A stretch of 64,000 nucleotides of DNA from Vicinamibacterales bacterium (GTDB lineage: Bacteria; Acidobacteriota; Vicinamibacteria; Vicinamibacterales; UBA8438): contig DASCQF010000126.1 of assembly GCA_036012905.1 (NCBI GenBank), positions 13,165 to 77,164 on the forward strand. The letters run 5' to 3'. Each line of letters starts with the position of its first letter. Positions within the stretch are counted from its first letter, which is position 1. This document shows positions 51,847 through 61,565 of the stretch, in pieces. Under the pieces are notes generated by a model. The model was not told where the DNA came from and ran no database searches. It saw only the letters and a list, made by a program, of their open reading frames with translations. Made by a program: the position numbers and the translations under genes.

Positions 51847-53778
51847 TTAGTGGTAGTACGACATCACACCCGGCTCGATCTTGCCAAGGAATCCAGGCGC
51901 GTACTGATCCCGCAGCCAGAATTCCTTCTTCGCCTGCACGTTGATGACCGACGGTCGGCTCTCGTCGAGCGCCACCTGATAGGCCCGTTCGAGTGCCGGT
52001 CGGAACTCGCCAGGCTTGGTCACATACTCGCCATGCGCACCGAGAGCCTCGCCCATCTTGTCGTAGCGCAGGTTTTCCTGGAACAGGTGGACCGGCAACC
52101 CGACCGCGTTGTTGACCTGTCCGTTCCAGGTGCCCCAGGCGTTGTTGTTGTAGACGATGACCACGGCGGGTAGCCGGTACTTGGACAGCGTCTCCATCTC
52201 CATGCCCGTGTAGCCGAAACCGGCGTCGCCGGTGATGCCAATCACCGGATGGCCCTTGTACTCCGCCTGCGCCCCCGCCCCCTGTTTGACCGCCGCGGTC
52301 ACTCCGACGGTGTAGCCGACGTCGGGTCCAATCGCGCCGTATTGATAGGCACCGTTCATGATCTGCCCTGGCCGATACGCGCGCAGATACCGGCGCGTGT
52401 AGCGCGCGATGCCATAGCCACCCTGGGCGATCGTGGTCCGGTCCTGCGGCAGATTGCCAGAGTGCAGGAAGTCAGCCAGCTCCTTGCCGATGACCGCTGG
52501 GTGCACCGCGTCGGTGTAGCCCAGCCCGGTCTGGTAGTACTGCTCGTTTTCGGCTTCGAACTCGTTGCGCGCGGCCGCCACTTCGGCGACCCAGGCCTGG
52601 TGCCGCATCCGCGGGACGGCGTCGGCCAGCGCTTCGAGCGCGGCTTTCTCGTCGCTGACGATACCGAGATCGATCGGCAGGTTCCGCCCAATGTCCTCGG
52701 CCGCTGGATCGATCCGGATGTATTTCGCATCGGGACCAAACGCGAACTCGCCCAGCGTCGGCATGCAGTACTGCCCGACGAGCAGCACCAGGTCGGCGCT
52801 GGCCAGCGCGCCGGGCGCCGTATTGGCAGACAGCTCGTGGTCGGCCGGAAACTGCCCTTTGGTCGCACCCGACTCGACCACCGGAATCTGAGCCCGCTCG
52901 GCCAGGCGACGCAACGCATCCCACGCGCGGCTATGGAAGACCCCATTGCTCGATACGATGATCGGGCGCTCGGCGGCGCGCAGCAGCGCGACCGCCTGGT
53001 CGATCGCACGCGGGTCCGGATGCGGTTTGGTCTCGGTTCGATACTTCGTCTTGTCGTAGAAGTACTCGACGTCGCTGGCGTCCTGGAACCGGGCGCCGGC
53101 GATTTCGGCCGGGAAGTCCAGATGCACCGGCTTGGGCACGCCGCTCCGAAGCTGTCTGAACGCGTAGCCGGCATACTCGTGGATGCGCTCCGGCGTGATC
53201 AGCCGTTTCCCGTATTTGCGCATGCCCTCGGTGGTCGGCTGCTGATAGGCGTCCTGGATGCCGCGCTCGGTGTCTTCGGCGAAGATCGTCTTGTTGCTGG
53301 CCAGCACCAACACCGGCGACCGTGCCGAGTTCGCGGTCGCGATCCCGCAGATCATGTCGGTGAACCCAGGTCCCTCGGTGCCCGACGTGGCGGCGATCTC
53401 CCCGGTCACCCGGGTGAATGCATCGGCGGCATGGCAGAGCGCCCCCTCGTGGCGTCCGCCGTAGGTCGGGATGCCGGTGTCGGCAATCGCGTGGACCACG
53501 TTGTAGTTCCCGGGACAGCAGAACAGCGCTGCCACCCCTTCCTCCTTGCAGGCCCGCGCGAACACCTGCGCGCCCGTCATCGGAAAGTCAACATCCGGCA
53601 GCGGCGCATTCTTCGAGGCTTCGAATTCAGACGGCACGGTGATCGGATTCGCGTCGTCGTCCTCCGCCGCCGTCAGCCCGGCCGTGCCGGCGCCCAGCGT
53701 CGCCGCGGTCGCGCCCGCGCCAAGTACCGCCTGTTTCATGAACCGCCGCCGCGAACTGCCATGTTTGGAAGGTTTCAT
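51847..53778 (-). CDS. thiamine diphosphate-dependent enzyme (acetolactate synthase/glyoxylate carboligase superfamily) with a twin-arginine signal peptide
   Basis: [41 protein letters not shown] has SRRxFxK, a hydrophobic stretch, and AxA. The ThDP N-domain reads [15 protein letters not shown]. The ThDP-binding motif is [33 protein letters not shown]. Confidence 0.85.
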   Translation of the reverse strand: MKPSKHGSSRRRFMKQAVLGAGATAATLGAGTAGLTAAEDDDANPITVPSEFEASKNAPLPDVDFPMTGAQVFARACKEEGVAALFCCPGNYNVVHAIADTGIPTYGGRHEGALCHAADAFTRVTGEIAATSGTEGPGFTDMICGIATANSARSPVLVLASNKTIFAEDTERGIQDAYQQPTTEGMRKYGKRLITPERIHEYAGYAFRQLRSGVPKPVHLDFPAEIAGARFQDASDVEYFYDKTKYRTETKPHPDPRAIDQAVALLRAAERPIIVSSNGVFHSRAWDALRRLAERAQIPVVESGATKGQFPADHELSANTAPGALASADLVLLVGQYCMPTLGEFAFGPDAKYIRIDPAAEDIGRNLPIDLGIVSDEKAALEALADAVPRMRHQAWVAEVAAARNEFEAENEQYYQTGLGYTDAVHPAVIGKELADFLHSGNLPQDRTTIAQGGYGIARYTRRYLRAYRPGQIMNGAYQYGAIGPDVGYTVGVTAAVKQGAGAQAEYKGHPVIGITGDAGFGYTGMEMETLSKYRLPAVVIVYNNNAWGTWNGQVNNAVGLPVHLFQENLRYDKMGEALGAHGEYVTKPGEFRPALERAYQVALDESRPSVINVQAKKEFWLRDQYAPGFLGKIEPGVMSYYH

Positions 53779-53856
53779 TGTCTGGCTCCCTCTTGTTCCC
53801 CATGCAGAGAATCGCATGTTGGCGCCTGCAAACGCAAGCGCCGTCGCGAGACTCCC

Positions 53857-54681
53857 CTACTGGGCCACGGCCGCCGGCACATCGCGGGCGCACCGCACAC
53901 CGATATTGCTCGTCTGACCGGTCTGTGAAAACGGCAGACGGACCGATGTCCGTAATGCTCCCGGGAAGTTCAGCCACGACCCGCCGCGGACGATCCGAGC
54001 GTAGCCGGTCGCCGCGCCGGGTGGATTGATCGGCGGCGACGACGCGTAATAGTCATTGTCGAGCCAACCGTCAACCCATTCCCAGACGTTGCCCGCCATG
54101 TCATAGAGACCGAAATCGTTGGGCGGGAAGGACCGGACCGGCGCCGTGTTCAGCCACTCATCCGCGCCACCGGTCGCGCCGGCGCAGCACTGGTCGGCGC
54201 CATAGTTCACGACGTCCCTGGACAGCTCGTCGCCCCATCCACCGTAGACCAGGCCCGGCCGATCTCCCCGGGCGGCATATTCCCACTCCGCCTCGGTGGG
54301 CAGACGGCCCCCGGCCCAGGCGCAGAATGAGGCCGCATCGTCCCAACTGACCAACACGACCGGATGCCGTGCACTCTGGCGATAGTCCGGTTCCGGTGGC
54401 GGCCGATGCCGCGTATCGAAAACGAACCGGGCATACTGCCTCGCCGTGACTTCGGCAGCCATCAGCTCGAACGGCACGACGAACGTGATCTCGTGACGCG
54501 GCCGCTCGTTGTCGAGGCAGGCGCTGTCAGCCTCGACGCAACCCATGAGGAACGTGCCGGACGGCACCCGGACCCAGCCGAGTTCCGGGGCGACCTGCGC
54601 CGCTGAAGCCAACAGCGGAGCGCCGCCGGCCGGCCGGACGACACCCAACATCAGCACGGCCACGACCGCCACAGCTCGCAT
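53857..54681 (-). CDS. formylglycine-generating enzyme family protein (FGE-sulfatase/SUMF1 domain), secreted
   Basis: Signal peptide, then ERPRHEI, WDDAASFCAWAGGRLPTEAEWEYAARG, MAGNVWEW, and RGGSW motifs. Confidence 0.85.
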   Translation of the reverse strand: MRAVAVVAVLMLGVVRPAGGAPLLASAAQVAPELGWVRVPSGTFLMGCVEADSACLDNERPRHEITFVVPFELMAAEVTARQYARFVFDTRHRPPPEPDYRQSARHPVVLVSWDDAASFCAWAGGRLPTEAEWEYAARGDRPGLVYGGWGDELSRDVVNYGADQCCAGATGGADEWLNTAPVRSFPPNDFGLYDMAGNVWEWVDGWLDNDYYASSPPINPPGAATGYARIVRGGSWLNFPGALRTSVRLPFSQTGQTSNIGVRCARDVPAAVAQ

Positions 54682-54690
54682 CAGTCGACG

Positions 54691-54730
54691 CTCTCCGTTT
54701 CTCTGCCTTCTGACTTCTGACTTCTAGAGC
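54691..54730 (+). repeat. Heptamer array element (CTGCCTT CTGACTT CTGACTT CTAGAGC)
   Basis: Read directly from the sequence, between the GGT stop and the FGE-family start. Confidence 0.8.
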
Positions 54731-54738
54731 TAAGGACC

Positions 54739-56604
54739 TTACCACCCGATCGCATACATCATCCGGCGCGGGTCGGCGCCCGCCATCATGGTGTCGGTCT
54801 CCGGGTTCCTCAGGATCCCCTGCATGTTCCCCATGGAATACTCACGGGCCAGCTCCGCGTCGTGTCCCATCTGGCGTAACCGGTCAATGACACGCGGCGC
54901 CACGCGGCGCTCGACGCGCAGTGTGACGTCGGCGCCCGGCAGGTAGAAGCTCGGGTCGGCGGCAAGCGAGATCCGCGGCGCCTCGATCGCCTCCTGGATG
55001 CCCATGCCGAAGTCAATCACGTTCAGCAGCACCTGGAACTGGGTCTGCCCGATCGTCTCCCCTCCCGGGGTCCCGAGCGCCAGGAAGAACTCTCCATCCT
55101 TCATGACCAGTGTCGGCGAGTTGTTCAGAATCGGGATCTGACCGCCACGCACGTAGTTCACATCGTCCGGGTAGGGCGAGGTCGAGCCGATCCGTGTGCC
55201 GTTGTTGAAGAACAATCCGGTGCTCCCCACCACCACCCCGGTGCCCCACAGGCTGCCGAGGGTCGGGGTGGCAACGACCACGTTCCCCTGGCGATCGACG
55301 ATCGAGAAGCTGGTCGTGCTGCCTGGGTATGTGGCTTCGCGCAGCATCGGTCCGGTTTCCGCTGCCGACGAGCCGAGCGATGCCGACGTCAGTTGGGCTC
55401 CAGGAGGCGCGCCATGGTCGGGGTAGGGCTTCGCCTGATCGGGCGCGATCAGCGCGCGCCGCGTGTCGGCGAACGGTTTGGAGGTCATGCCGTCTGTCGG
55501 CATGTCGGCGTGCTCCGGGTCAGTCACGAAGTGATAGATGTCCGATTTGGCGACCTTGATCGACTCGGCGACGAGATGCAGCGTCTCGGCCGAGTTGTGC
55601 CCGAGTGAGGCCACGTCGAAACCCTCGATCAGATTGAGCTGCATCACGACCTCCAGCCCACCGCGTGATGTCGTGGGGCTGGAGTAGACGTCATAGCCGC
55701 GGTAGGTCGTGTGAACCGGCTCCGCCCAGATCGGCTCGTAGGCGGCGAAATCGTCGCGCGTGAACAGACCGTCGTTCCGCTGATAGAACCTGGCCATGTC
55801 GCGGGCGATGTCTCCGCGGTAAAAGCGGTTGAATGCGGCCCGGAGACCGGACTCGCGAGACCCCCCGTCGAGTCTCGCGGTCTGCTCGGCCTCCACCAGC
55901 TTGTGGAACGTCCTGGCCAGATCGGGGTACGTGAAGAGCTGCCCTTCGACCGGTGGCTCGCCGTCCGGCATGAAGACCGCCATCGTCGACGGGTACTGCT
56001 CGAACAGCTCGCGCGACCGGGTGAGGGAGCGGCTGACGTAGCCCGCCATCGGATGGCCGCGCTCGGCGTACTCGATCGCCGGCTCGAGCACCTGCCCGAG
56101 CGTCATCGTGCCGAACCGCTCCAGCATGGCGACCCACCCACCAAGCAACCCCGGCACCACTCCGGCCTTCATGCCGCGATTCAGCTCTTCAGGCGTGATC
56201 TCGCCGGCGTCGAGCGCCTTGGGCGCCGCCCCGGTCGCGTTCAGCGAATAGACGCGGTCGGTCGCGGCGTCATAGATCGTCATGAAGCCGTTGCCACCGG
56301 CGCCCGACATCATCGGCTCGACCTGGTTCAAGGTGGCCAGCACCGCCACGGCCGCGTCGGCCGCCGTGCCGCCCTGCATCAGGATTCGCATGCCGGCCAT
56401 CGACGCCAGCGGATGACCGGCTGTCACGAGCCCGTGCACGCCTGGCACGGCGGGGCGATGCGCCACGAGCCCGTCTGTGATCGGCTCGGCGCTCAGCTCG
56501 GGCGCGACGTCGGCGGCCTCTTCGACCGCCGCCTCGCCACCAGAACAGCCAGCCGTCAGGACCACAACGAACAGGAAGGCCAGAGATTTCTGAAACTGCG
56601 TCAT
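54739..56604 (-). CDS. ggt: gamma-glutamyltransferase family lipoprotein
   Basis: Lipobox VVLTAGC. Autoprocessing/nucleophile Thr context GSTTSFSIVDRQGNVV. GGxxIxQ-like TPGGETIGQTQ. Confidence 0.9.
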   Translation of the reverse strand: MTQFQKSLAFLFVVVLTAGCSGGEAAVEEAADVAPELSAEPITDGLVAHRPAVPGVHGLVTAGHPLASMAGMRILMQGGTAADAAVAVLATLNQVEPMMSGAGGNGFMTIYDAATDRVYSLNATGAAPKALDAGEITPEELNRGMKAGVVPGLLGGWVAMLERFGTMTLGQVLEPAIEYAERGHPMAGYVSRSLTRSRELFEQYPSTMAVFMPDGEPPVEGQLFTYPDLARTFHKLVEAEQTARLDGGSRESGLRAAFNRFYRGDIARDMARFYQRNDGLFTRDDFAAYEPIWAEPVHTTYRGYDVYSSPTTSRGGLEVVMQLNLIEGFDVASLGHNSAETLHLVAESIKVAKSDIYHFVTDPEHADMPTDGMTSKPFADTRRALIAPDQAKPYPDHGAPPGAQLTSASLGSSAAETGPMLREATYPGSTTSFSIVDRQGNVVVATPTLGSLWGTGVVVGSTGLFFNNGTRIGSTSPYPDDVNYVRGGQIPILNNSPTLVMKDGEFFLALGTPGGETIGQTQFQVLLNVIDFGMGIQEAIEAPRISLAADPSFYLPGADVTLRVERRVAPRVIDRLRQMGHDAELAREYSMGNMQGILRNPETDTMMAGADPRRMMYAIGW

Positions 56605-56624
56605 CGGGGTCCTCGTCGTGGCGG

Positions 56625-56670
56625 GGCGAACGAAATCAGAAGTCAGAAATCAGAATTTGATGTAGCGCTC
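56625..56670. repeat. Heptamer array element, AT-richer variant (GGCGAAC GAAATCA GAAGTCA GAAATCA GAATTTG ..GTAGCGCTC)
   Basis: Read directly from the sequence, between the 542-aa ORF stop and the GGT start. The array is inverted relative to the head and tail, compared with the other copies. Confidence 0.7.
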
Positions 56671-56728
56671 ATAAGCTTACATCCGCGCGACGCCATCGAA
56701 CGACCGCGACGACCAGCTTCGGCGTCGG

Positions 56729-58357
56729 TCACGAACCGGAGGGTCGTAGCCGCTCGCCCTCCAGCTCGCTGGTCAGCGCCATGAAGTGCTCGGCCGCGAC
56801 GGCGCCGGTGCCGGTGTGTCGGGTGATCTGGATATCGGCCAGGTCGTACACGCTCTCGACCACAACTATCCCCACACCTTTCGGTGCCAGGAACCGGGCC
56901 GCGTCCGGAAAGATCGCGTCAATCGTCTGAAAGCAGGTCCCGTGCGGCGGCACGACACCCTCGGCCCGTACTCGATCACCCTGCTCGTTCAGCAGGGTCG
57001 CGGTGAACGGCGCCTCGTCAGCATAACGTCGTTCGTTGCCGCAGTTGGTGATGCAAAGCTGGGTCTCGAGGGGTGGACGGCACCAGACACGGCTAAAGGC
57101 GCCGTAGGGCACGCGGCCCCGGACAGCCGCCCGCTGTGGCGAATTCCATTCGTCGCTCCAGCCCATGACCCGTGCTGTCCCACGAACGGTTCGATACTCG
57201 AGCAGGGCCTGGAGCACACGTGGATAGACCGGCCGGTCTTCACGCGTGAAGGCCAGGGTGACGTGGCCAACGAACGGGCGTGTCGGGTCCGGCAACAGCT
57301 CCGCAATATCCCCGCGGGCGAGGCCGTGACGTGTCGCGGCCAGCCAGCGCGGCCGCTCGGCCACCAGCGTGCCGACTTCATCGTAGAGATACGCATCGAC
57401 CGAGAAGTCCTCATCAAAATCGGGCGGCCCGTGGCTGTTGAAGATGTTGACGGTGGTCGTCAGATCGTCGCGATGCACTGCGAACATCGGATTGATGCGG
57501 CCGCGGTCCAGAAACCGCTCCGCGAACGCGCCTATCGGTGCCAGATCGCTGTAGACGTCGCCCCCATGGTAGCCGGACAGCCCGGACATAAATGCCCCGC
57601 TGGTCATCACGTAAGGACGGATAAACAGACCGGTGGAATCGAAGTGCCCTGAAACGGTCAGATGCCGGCCGCCACTGAAGCCCACTGCATCGGGAAACAG
57701 CTCGCTTACCCGGAGTCGAGTCGCGGTGAACGGTCGCATCGGCCGGAGGTGGCGCGCCGTCCGTGTGGCGCCGAGATGGTTGCGTAGCTCCAGCGAGACC
57801 GCCCCAGCCGGCTGTTCATCCGGACCGTTGAGCACGACCAGGTAGCTTTTCTGCTCCGACGTCTCCTCGACCACGATCTCTGTGAAGTGATTCCGATAGG
57901 GCGCCTGCACGACCGCCTGGTCGCTGTGCAACCCACAGATCGACCCATCCGACTCATCGTCCGCGTACCAGTCGATGAGGCCATACAGGCGCTTATATGC
58001 GTCGCCATCGGGGCCATCAAGGCGAGCGGCGGCACCGACGCCGCCATCTGGGGCCGAGACGAATACAGCTAGCACTCCCTCGGCCACGGGCTCGGCTGCC
58101 GCCACTGCGTCCGGTGGGTGCTTGGAGTCGATCAGGAACACCTGATCTTCAACTGGCTCCACCTGCCACGAGGCAACCCGACGCCCGTCGTCGAACAGCA
58201 TGAACCGGAGGGTGACGCCTTCGAGACGGGCGTATTCTTTCCAATAGATTGAGACCAGCGTGTGAAGGTTGCCGGTTTCCCGCCACCAGTACAGATCGGC
58301 ACCCAGCGTGTCGGCCGGGAGCTCGAGCGGGTTGGGCACAAGGCTCCTATCAGGCAA
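56729..58357 (-). CDS. hypothetical protein, 542 aa
   Basis: Long ORF with balanced, non-shadow amino-acid composition and no signal peptide. No family recognised by eye. Confidence 0.6.
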   Translation of the reverse strand: MPDRSLVPNPLELPADTLGADLYWWRETGNLHTLVSIYWKEYARLEGVTLRFMLFDDGRRVASWQVEPVEDQVFLIDSKHPPDAVAAAEPVAEGVLAVFVSAPDGGVGAAARLDGPDGDAYKRLYGLIDWYADDESDGSICGLHSDQAVVQAPYRNHFTEIVVEETSEQKSYLVVLNGPDEQPAGAVSLELRNHLGATRTARHLRPMRPFTATRLRVSELFPDAVGFSGGRHLTVSGHFDSTGLFIRPYVMTSGAFMSGLSGYHGGDVYSDLAPIGAFAERFLDRGRINPMFAVHRDDLTTTVNIFNSHGPPDFDEDFSVDAYLYDEVGTLVAERPRWLAATRHGLARGDIAELLPDPTRPFVGHVTLAFTREDRPVYPRVLQALLEYRTVRGTARVMGWSDEWNSPQRAAVRGRVPYGAFSRVWCRPPLETQLCITNCGNERRYADEAPFTATLLNEQGDRVRAEGVVPPHGTCFQTIDAIFPDAARFLAPKGVGIVVVESVYDLADIQITRHTGTGAVAAEHFMALTSELEGERLRPSGS

Positions 58358-58369
58358 TGTCAGGACACC

Positions 58370-58410
58370 GGCGAAGCCGACCGGCTTCTCCTGCCTCCTG
58401 CCTCCTAAGA
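58370..58410 (+). repeat. Hairpin-head plus heptamer array element (GGCGAAGCCGACCGGCTTCTC then CTGCCTC CTGCCTC CTAAGAA)
   Basis: Read directly from the sequence, between the RidA stop and the 542-aa ORF start. Confidence 0.8.
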
Positions 58411-58412
58411 AC

Positions 58413-58877
58413 TCACGATCCCACCGCGATGCCCATCACTTCGAAGCGCGCACCGCGCAGGAGGGGCCCGGCACCGAGAAACGCCCTGGCGGGCGGGTCG
58501 CTCGTGAAGTAGTCGGTGTAGACGGCGTTGAAGTCGGCATAGAAAGCCACGTCGGAGCAGAACACCTGGACGCTGACCAGATCGTCCATCGTCATACCGG
58601 CCTCCTCGAGCACCGACCGGATCCCGTCCAGCACATTCCGCGCTTCTTGCCGCGGCTCGGCGGGGGGCTGCCCCGTCGCCGGGTCCATGCCGAGTCGACC
58701 GGACAGATACAGCGTGTCACCCGCCAGGATGGCGTCGCTGAACGGCGCCTGTGTGGTGCGCCCCGGCAGATTGATCGCGCGTCGCTCCGGCTGCGCCGAC
58801 ACCGACCCGAGCGCGCCGATCACCACACCACCTAGCACGAGCCCTGCAACGAAGATGCGCATCGATTTCATACTCAT
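58413..58877 (-). CDS. RidA/YjgF family protein with an N-terminal signal peptide
   Basis: MSMKSMRIFVAGLVLGGVVIGALGSVSA, then FSDAILAGDTLYLSGRLG, and a C-terminal PARAFLGAGPLLRGARFEVMGIAV. Confidence 0.85.
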   Translation of the reverse strand: MSMKSMRIFVAGLVLGGVVIGALGSVSAQPERRAINLPGRTTQAPFSDAILAGDTLYLSGRLGMDPATGQPPAEPRQEARNVLDGIRSVLEEAGMTMDDLVSVQVFCSDVAFYADFNAVYTDYFTSDPPARAFLGAGPLLRGARFEVMGIAVGS

Positions 58878-58888
58878 GCTGTTTGCTC

Positions 58889-59869
58889 CTACCCCTCCAT
58901 CATCAGCACCGTCGAACCGGTCGTCTTCCGCGCTTCCAGGTCACGATGCGCCTGCGCCGCGTCTTCGAGCGGGAACACCTGGCTCACCTCCACCTTGACG
59001 GCTCCACTTTGCATGACGTCGAACAGATCGGTCGTGGTTGTGTCGAGCTCCTCGCGGGTCTTGATGTAAGTCGCCAGCGTCGGCCGGGTCAGAAACAGGG
59101 AGCCCTTTGCCGCCAGGACCCCCGGGCTGAACGGCTCGACCGCTCCCGACGAGTTGCCATAGCTGACCATCAGCCCCCGTGGCTGCAGACAGTCGAGCGA
59201 CGCCATGAAGGTGTCCTTCCCGACCGAGTCGAACACCACCGGCACGCCGGCGCCGTCAGTGAGCGCCTTGACTCGCTCGGGGACGTTCTCGCGGGTGTAG
59301 ACGATGGCGTGGTCGCACCCGTGGGCTCTCGCCAGCTCCGCCTTTTCGTCGCTGCCGACCGTTCCGATGACCGTCGCCCCGAGATGCTTCGCCCACTGAC
59401 AGGCGATGAGCCCGACGCCCCCGGCGGCGGCATGGAGCAGTATGGTGTCCCCGGGCTTCACCGGGTAGATTCGTCGGATGAGGTACTGCACCGTGCACCC
59501 CTTGAGCATCATCGCGGCCGCCTGCTGGTCGGTGATGGCATCGGGCACTCTGACGAGCCGTGCCGCATCCACCACGCGCTGCTCGGTATAACCACCCAGA
59601 CTCATGCTGTAGGCCACCCGGTCGCCCACGCCGAGCTCTGTGACACCGTCCCCCACTGCCTCCACCACACCGGCACCTTCGTTGCCGATGACGGCCGGCA
59701 TCGCCGGCACCGGGTAGAGACCGGTGCGGTGATAGACGTCGATGAAGTTCAGACCGGCCGCCGTCTGTCGAATCAGTGCCTGGCCTGGTCCCGGCGTCCC
59801 CGGGTCCACGTCGTCCAGGCGCAACACTTCGGGCCCGCCATGCTCATGAATGCGAATCGCTTTGGCCAT
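58889..59869 (-). CDS. qor: NADPH:quinone oxidoreductase (zeta-crystallin/MDR family)
   Basis: MAKAIRIHEHGGPEVLRLDDV, and the nucleotide-binding AAAGGVGLIACQWAK. Confidence 0.88.
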   Translation of the reverse strand: MAKAIRIHEHGGPEVLRLDDVDPGTPGPGQALIRQTAAGLNFIDVYHRTGLYPVPAMPAVIGNEGAGVVEAVGDGVTELGVGDRVAYSMSLGGYTEQRVVDAARLVRVPDAITDQQAAAMMLKGCTVQYLIRRIYPVKPGDTILLHAAAGGVGLIACQWAKHLGATVIGTVGSDEKAELARAHGCDHAIVYTRENVPERVKALTDGAGVPVVFDSVGKDTFMASLDCLQPRGLMVSYGNSSGAVEPFSPGVLAAKGSLFLTRPTLATYIKTREELDTTTTDLFDVMQSGAVKVEVSQVFPLEDAAQAHRDLEARKTTGSTVLMMEG

Positions 59870-59965
59870 TGATAGCTCCGATTACTCCGCGTGTGCTCCG
59901 AACTTCTGGTCGTAGCCCACACCGCAGTGGGCCCGGGAATCATACTGCGGCTTCAAGACCACTCC

Positions 59966-60004
59966 AAGGAGACAGGGGGCGGGAGAAAGTCGGAGGGCTT
60001 CGCC
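59966..60004 (-). repeat. Degenerate head plus heptamer element (minus strand: GGCGAAGCCCTCCGACTTTCTC CCGCCCC CTGTCTC C)
   Basis: Read directly from the sequence, in the divergent qor / glcF spacer. Confidence 0.6.
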
Positions 60005-60062
60005 AGCATTCGCTCTGCAACAGGGTGACAAGGCGGGTCGATTTTCGGCAGACTGTCACGGC

Positions 60063-61373
60063 ATGACGCGTTCCGCCTTCGACTCGCACCACCCACCGGA
60101 CCCGGCGCTGGTCGCCGACTGCGTGCACTGCGGGTTCTGTTTGCCAACCTGCCCGACCTATATGTTGTGGGGAAAGGAGACCGACTCGCCGCGGGGCCGA
60201 ATAGTGCTCATCAAGGGCGGGCTCGCAGGCGAGACGGGCATCACCGACCCTCTGGTCCGTCACTTCGACACCTGTCTGGGCTGCATGGCCTGCGTGACGG
60301 CCTGCCCGTCAGGCGTGCAATACGACAAATTGATCGCGGCCACGCGGCCACAGATCGAGCGACAGGCGCACCGGCCGCTGGGCGACCGGCTGTTCCGGTG
60401 GCTGATTTTCGCGCTCTTCCCCTATCCGACTCGTCTGCGTCTGGTCGCCGGGAACCTCTGGGCCTATCAGCGGCTCGGTCTGCAGCAACTGGCACGCGCG
60501 ACTGGGTTACTGCAGCTACTACCGGCTCCACTGCGCGCCATGGAGGCCGTGCTGCCGCCGGTGTCACTCGGCGGGGCCTGGTCGACCGCGCCCGTCCGCG
60601 TGCCAGCCATCGGTGAACGGCGCCGCAAGGTCGGGATGCTGCTCGGCTGCGTGCAGCGGGTCTTCTTCGACAAAGTAAATGCCGCGACGATCCGGGTGCT
60701 GGCTGCCGAGGGCTGCGAGGTTGTCATTCCCCGCACCCAGGGCTGTTGCGGAGCATTGATGATGCACGCCGGTCTCGAGGCGGACGCTGCAGACATGGCG
60801 CGTCGCTTCATCGACGCGTTCGAAACGGAGGCGGCCGACGTCGAGACCATCGTCATCAACGCCGCCGGGTGCGGTTCGACGCTGAAGGAGTACGGCCACC
60901 TGCTGCGGGACGACCCGGCGTATGCCGGTCGAGCGCAGGCGCTGGCCGACAAGTGCAAGGACATCTCGGAGCTGCTCGCCGAGCTCGAACCGCGAGCACC
61001 GCGGCACCCGGTGCCGCTCCGCATCGCCTACCACGACGCCTGCCACCTGCAGCACGCCCAAGGTGTGACCGCGGAGCCCAGACGGGTGCTTGGCACAATC
61101 CCAGAGTTGGAGCTGCGCGAGATTCCTGAGGCGGGCATCTGTTGCGGCTCAGCCGGAATCTACAACCTGGTCGAGCCGGACACCGCCGACGACCTCGGAG
61201 ACCGGAAGGCTCGGCACATCCTGACGACCGGCGCCGAGGCCGTCGTCTCGAACAACCCCGGGTGCCTGTTGCAGATCGCGAGTCGACTGGAGCAGGCGGG
61301 CAAGCCAACGCGCACCTACCACATGGTGGAGCTGGTGGATGCGTCGATCCAGGGAGTGGCATTGACGCGATGA
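60063..61373 (+). CDS. glcF: glycolate oxidase iron-sulfur subunit
   Basis: CVHCGFCLPTCPTY...SPRGRI and CLGCMACVTACPSGV ferredoxin motifs, followed by two CCG domains (GCCG..., CCGSAG). Collinear with E. coli GlcF. Confidence 0.9.
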   Translation: MTRSAFDSHHPPDPALVADCVHCGFCLPTCPTYMLWGKETDSPRGRIVLIKGGLAGETGITDPLVRHFDTCLGCMACVTACPSGVQYDKLIAATRPQIERQAHRPLGDRLFRWLIFALFPYPTRLRLVAGNLWAYQRLGLQQLARATGLLQLLPAPLRAMEAVLPPVSLGGAWSTAPVRVPAIGERRRKVGMLLGCVQRVFFDKVNAATIRVLAAEGCEVVIPRTQGCCGALMMHAGLEADAADMARRFIDAFETEAADVETIVINAAGCGSTLKEYGHLLRDDPAYAGRAQALADKCKDISELLAELEPRAPRHPVPLRIAYHDACHLQHAQGVTAEPRRVLGTIPELELREIPEAGICCGSAGIYNLVEPDTADDLGDRKARHILTTGAEAVVSNNPGCLLQIASRLEQAGKPTRTYHMVELVDASIQGVALTR

Positions 61374-61565
61374 AGGTTTGGCTGGGGTCTGTGAGCGCCG
61401 CTCATTTGGGGCCTCTACTTGCGACACTGGGACCAGCAGACTTACAGCCCCTGTCGAACAGCGTGGGTTCAGGGTCCGTGTCCCGCCACCCCGCGTCGGA
61501 GCTCGCCGTGAGCCGATTTGTCCCTCTGGGGCGTGTCGGCACGAACTAGCCCCTCAGTTCGGAGA

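Noticed and set aside
52249-53928. 559-aa plus-strand ORF opposite the ThDP enzyme
   Set aside because: It is antisense to a gene with a clear ThDP-binding motif and Tat signal. Its composition is Arg/Gly/Pro-dominated.
61370-61549. 59-codon ORF overlapping the glcF stop (MKVWLGSVSAAHLGPLLATLGPADLQPL...)
   Set aside because: There is no recognisable motif, no convincing ribosome-binding site, and Leu/Ser/Gly/Pro-rich composition typical of random high-GC frames. The evidence is insufficient to call it.
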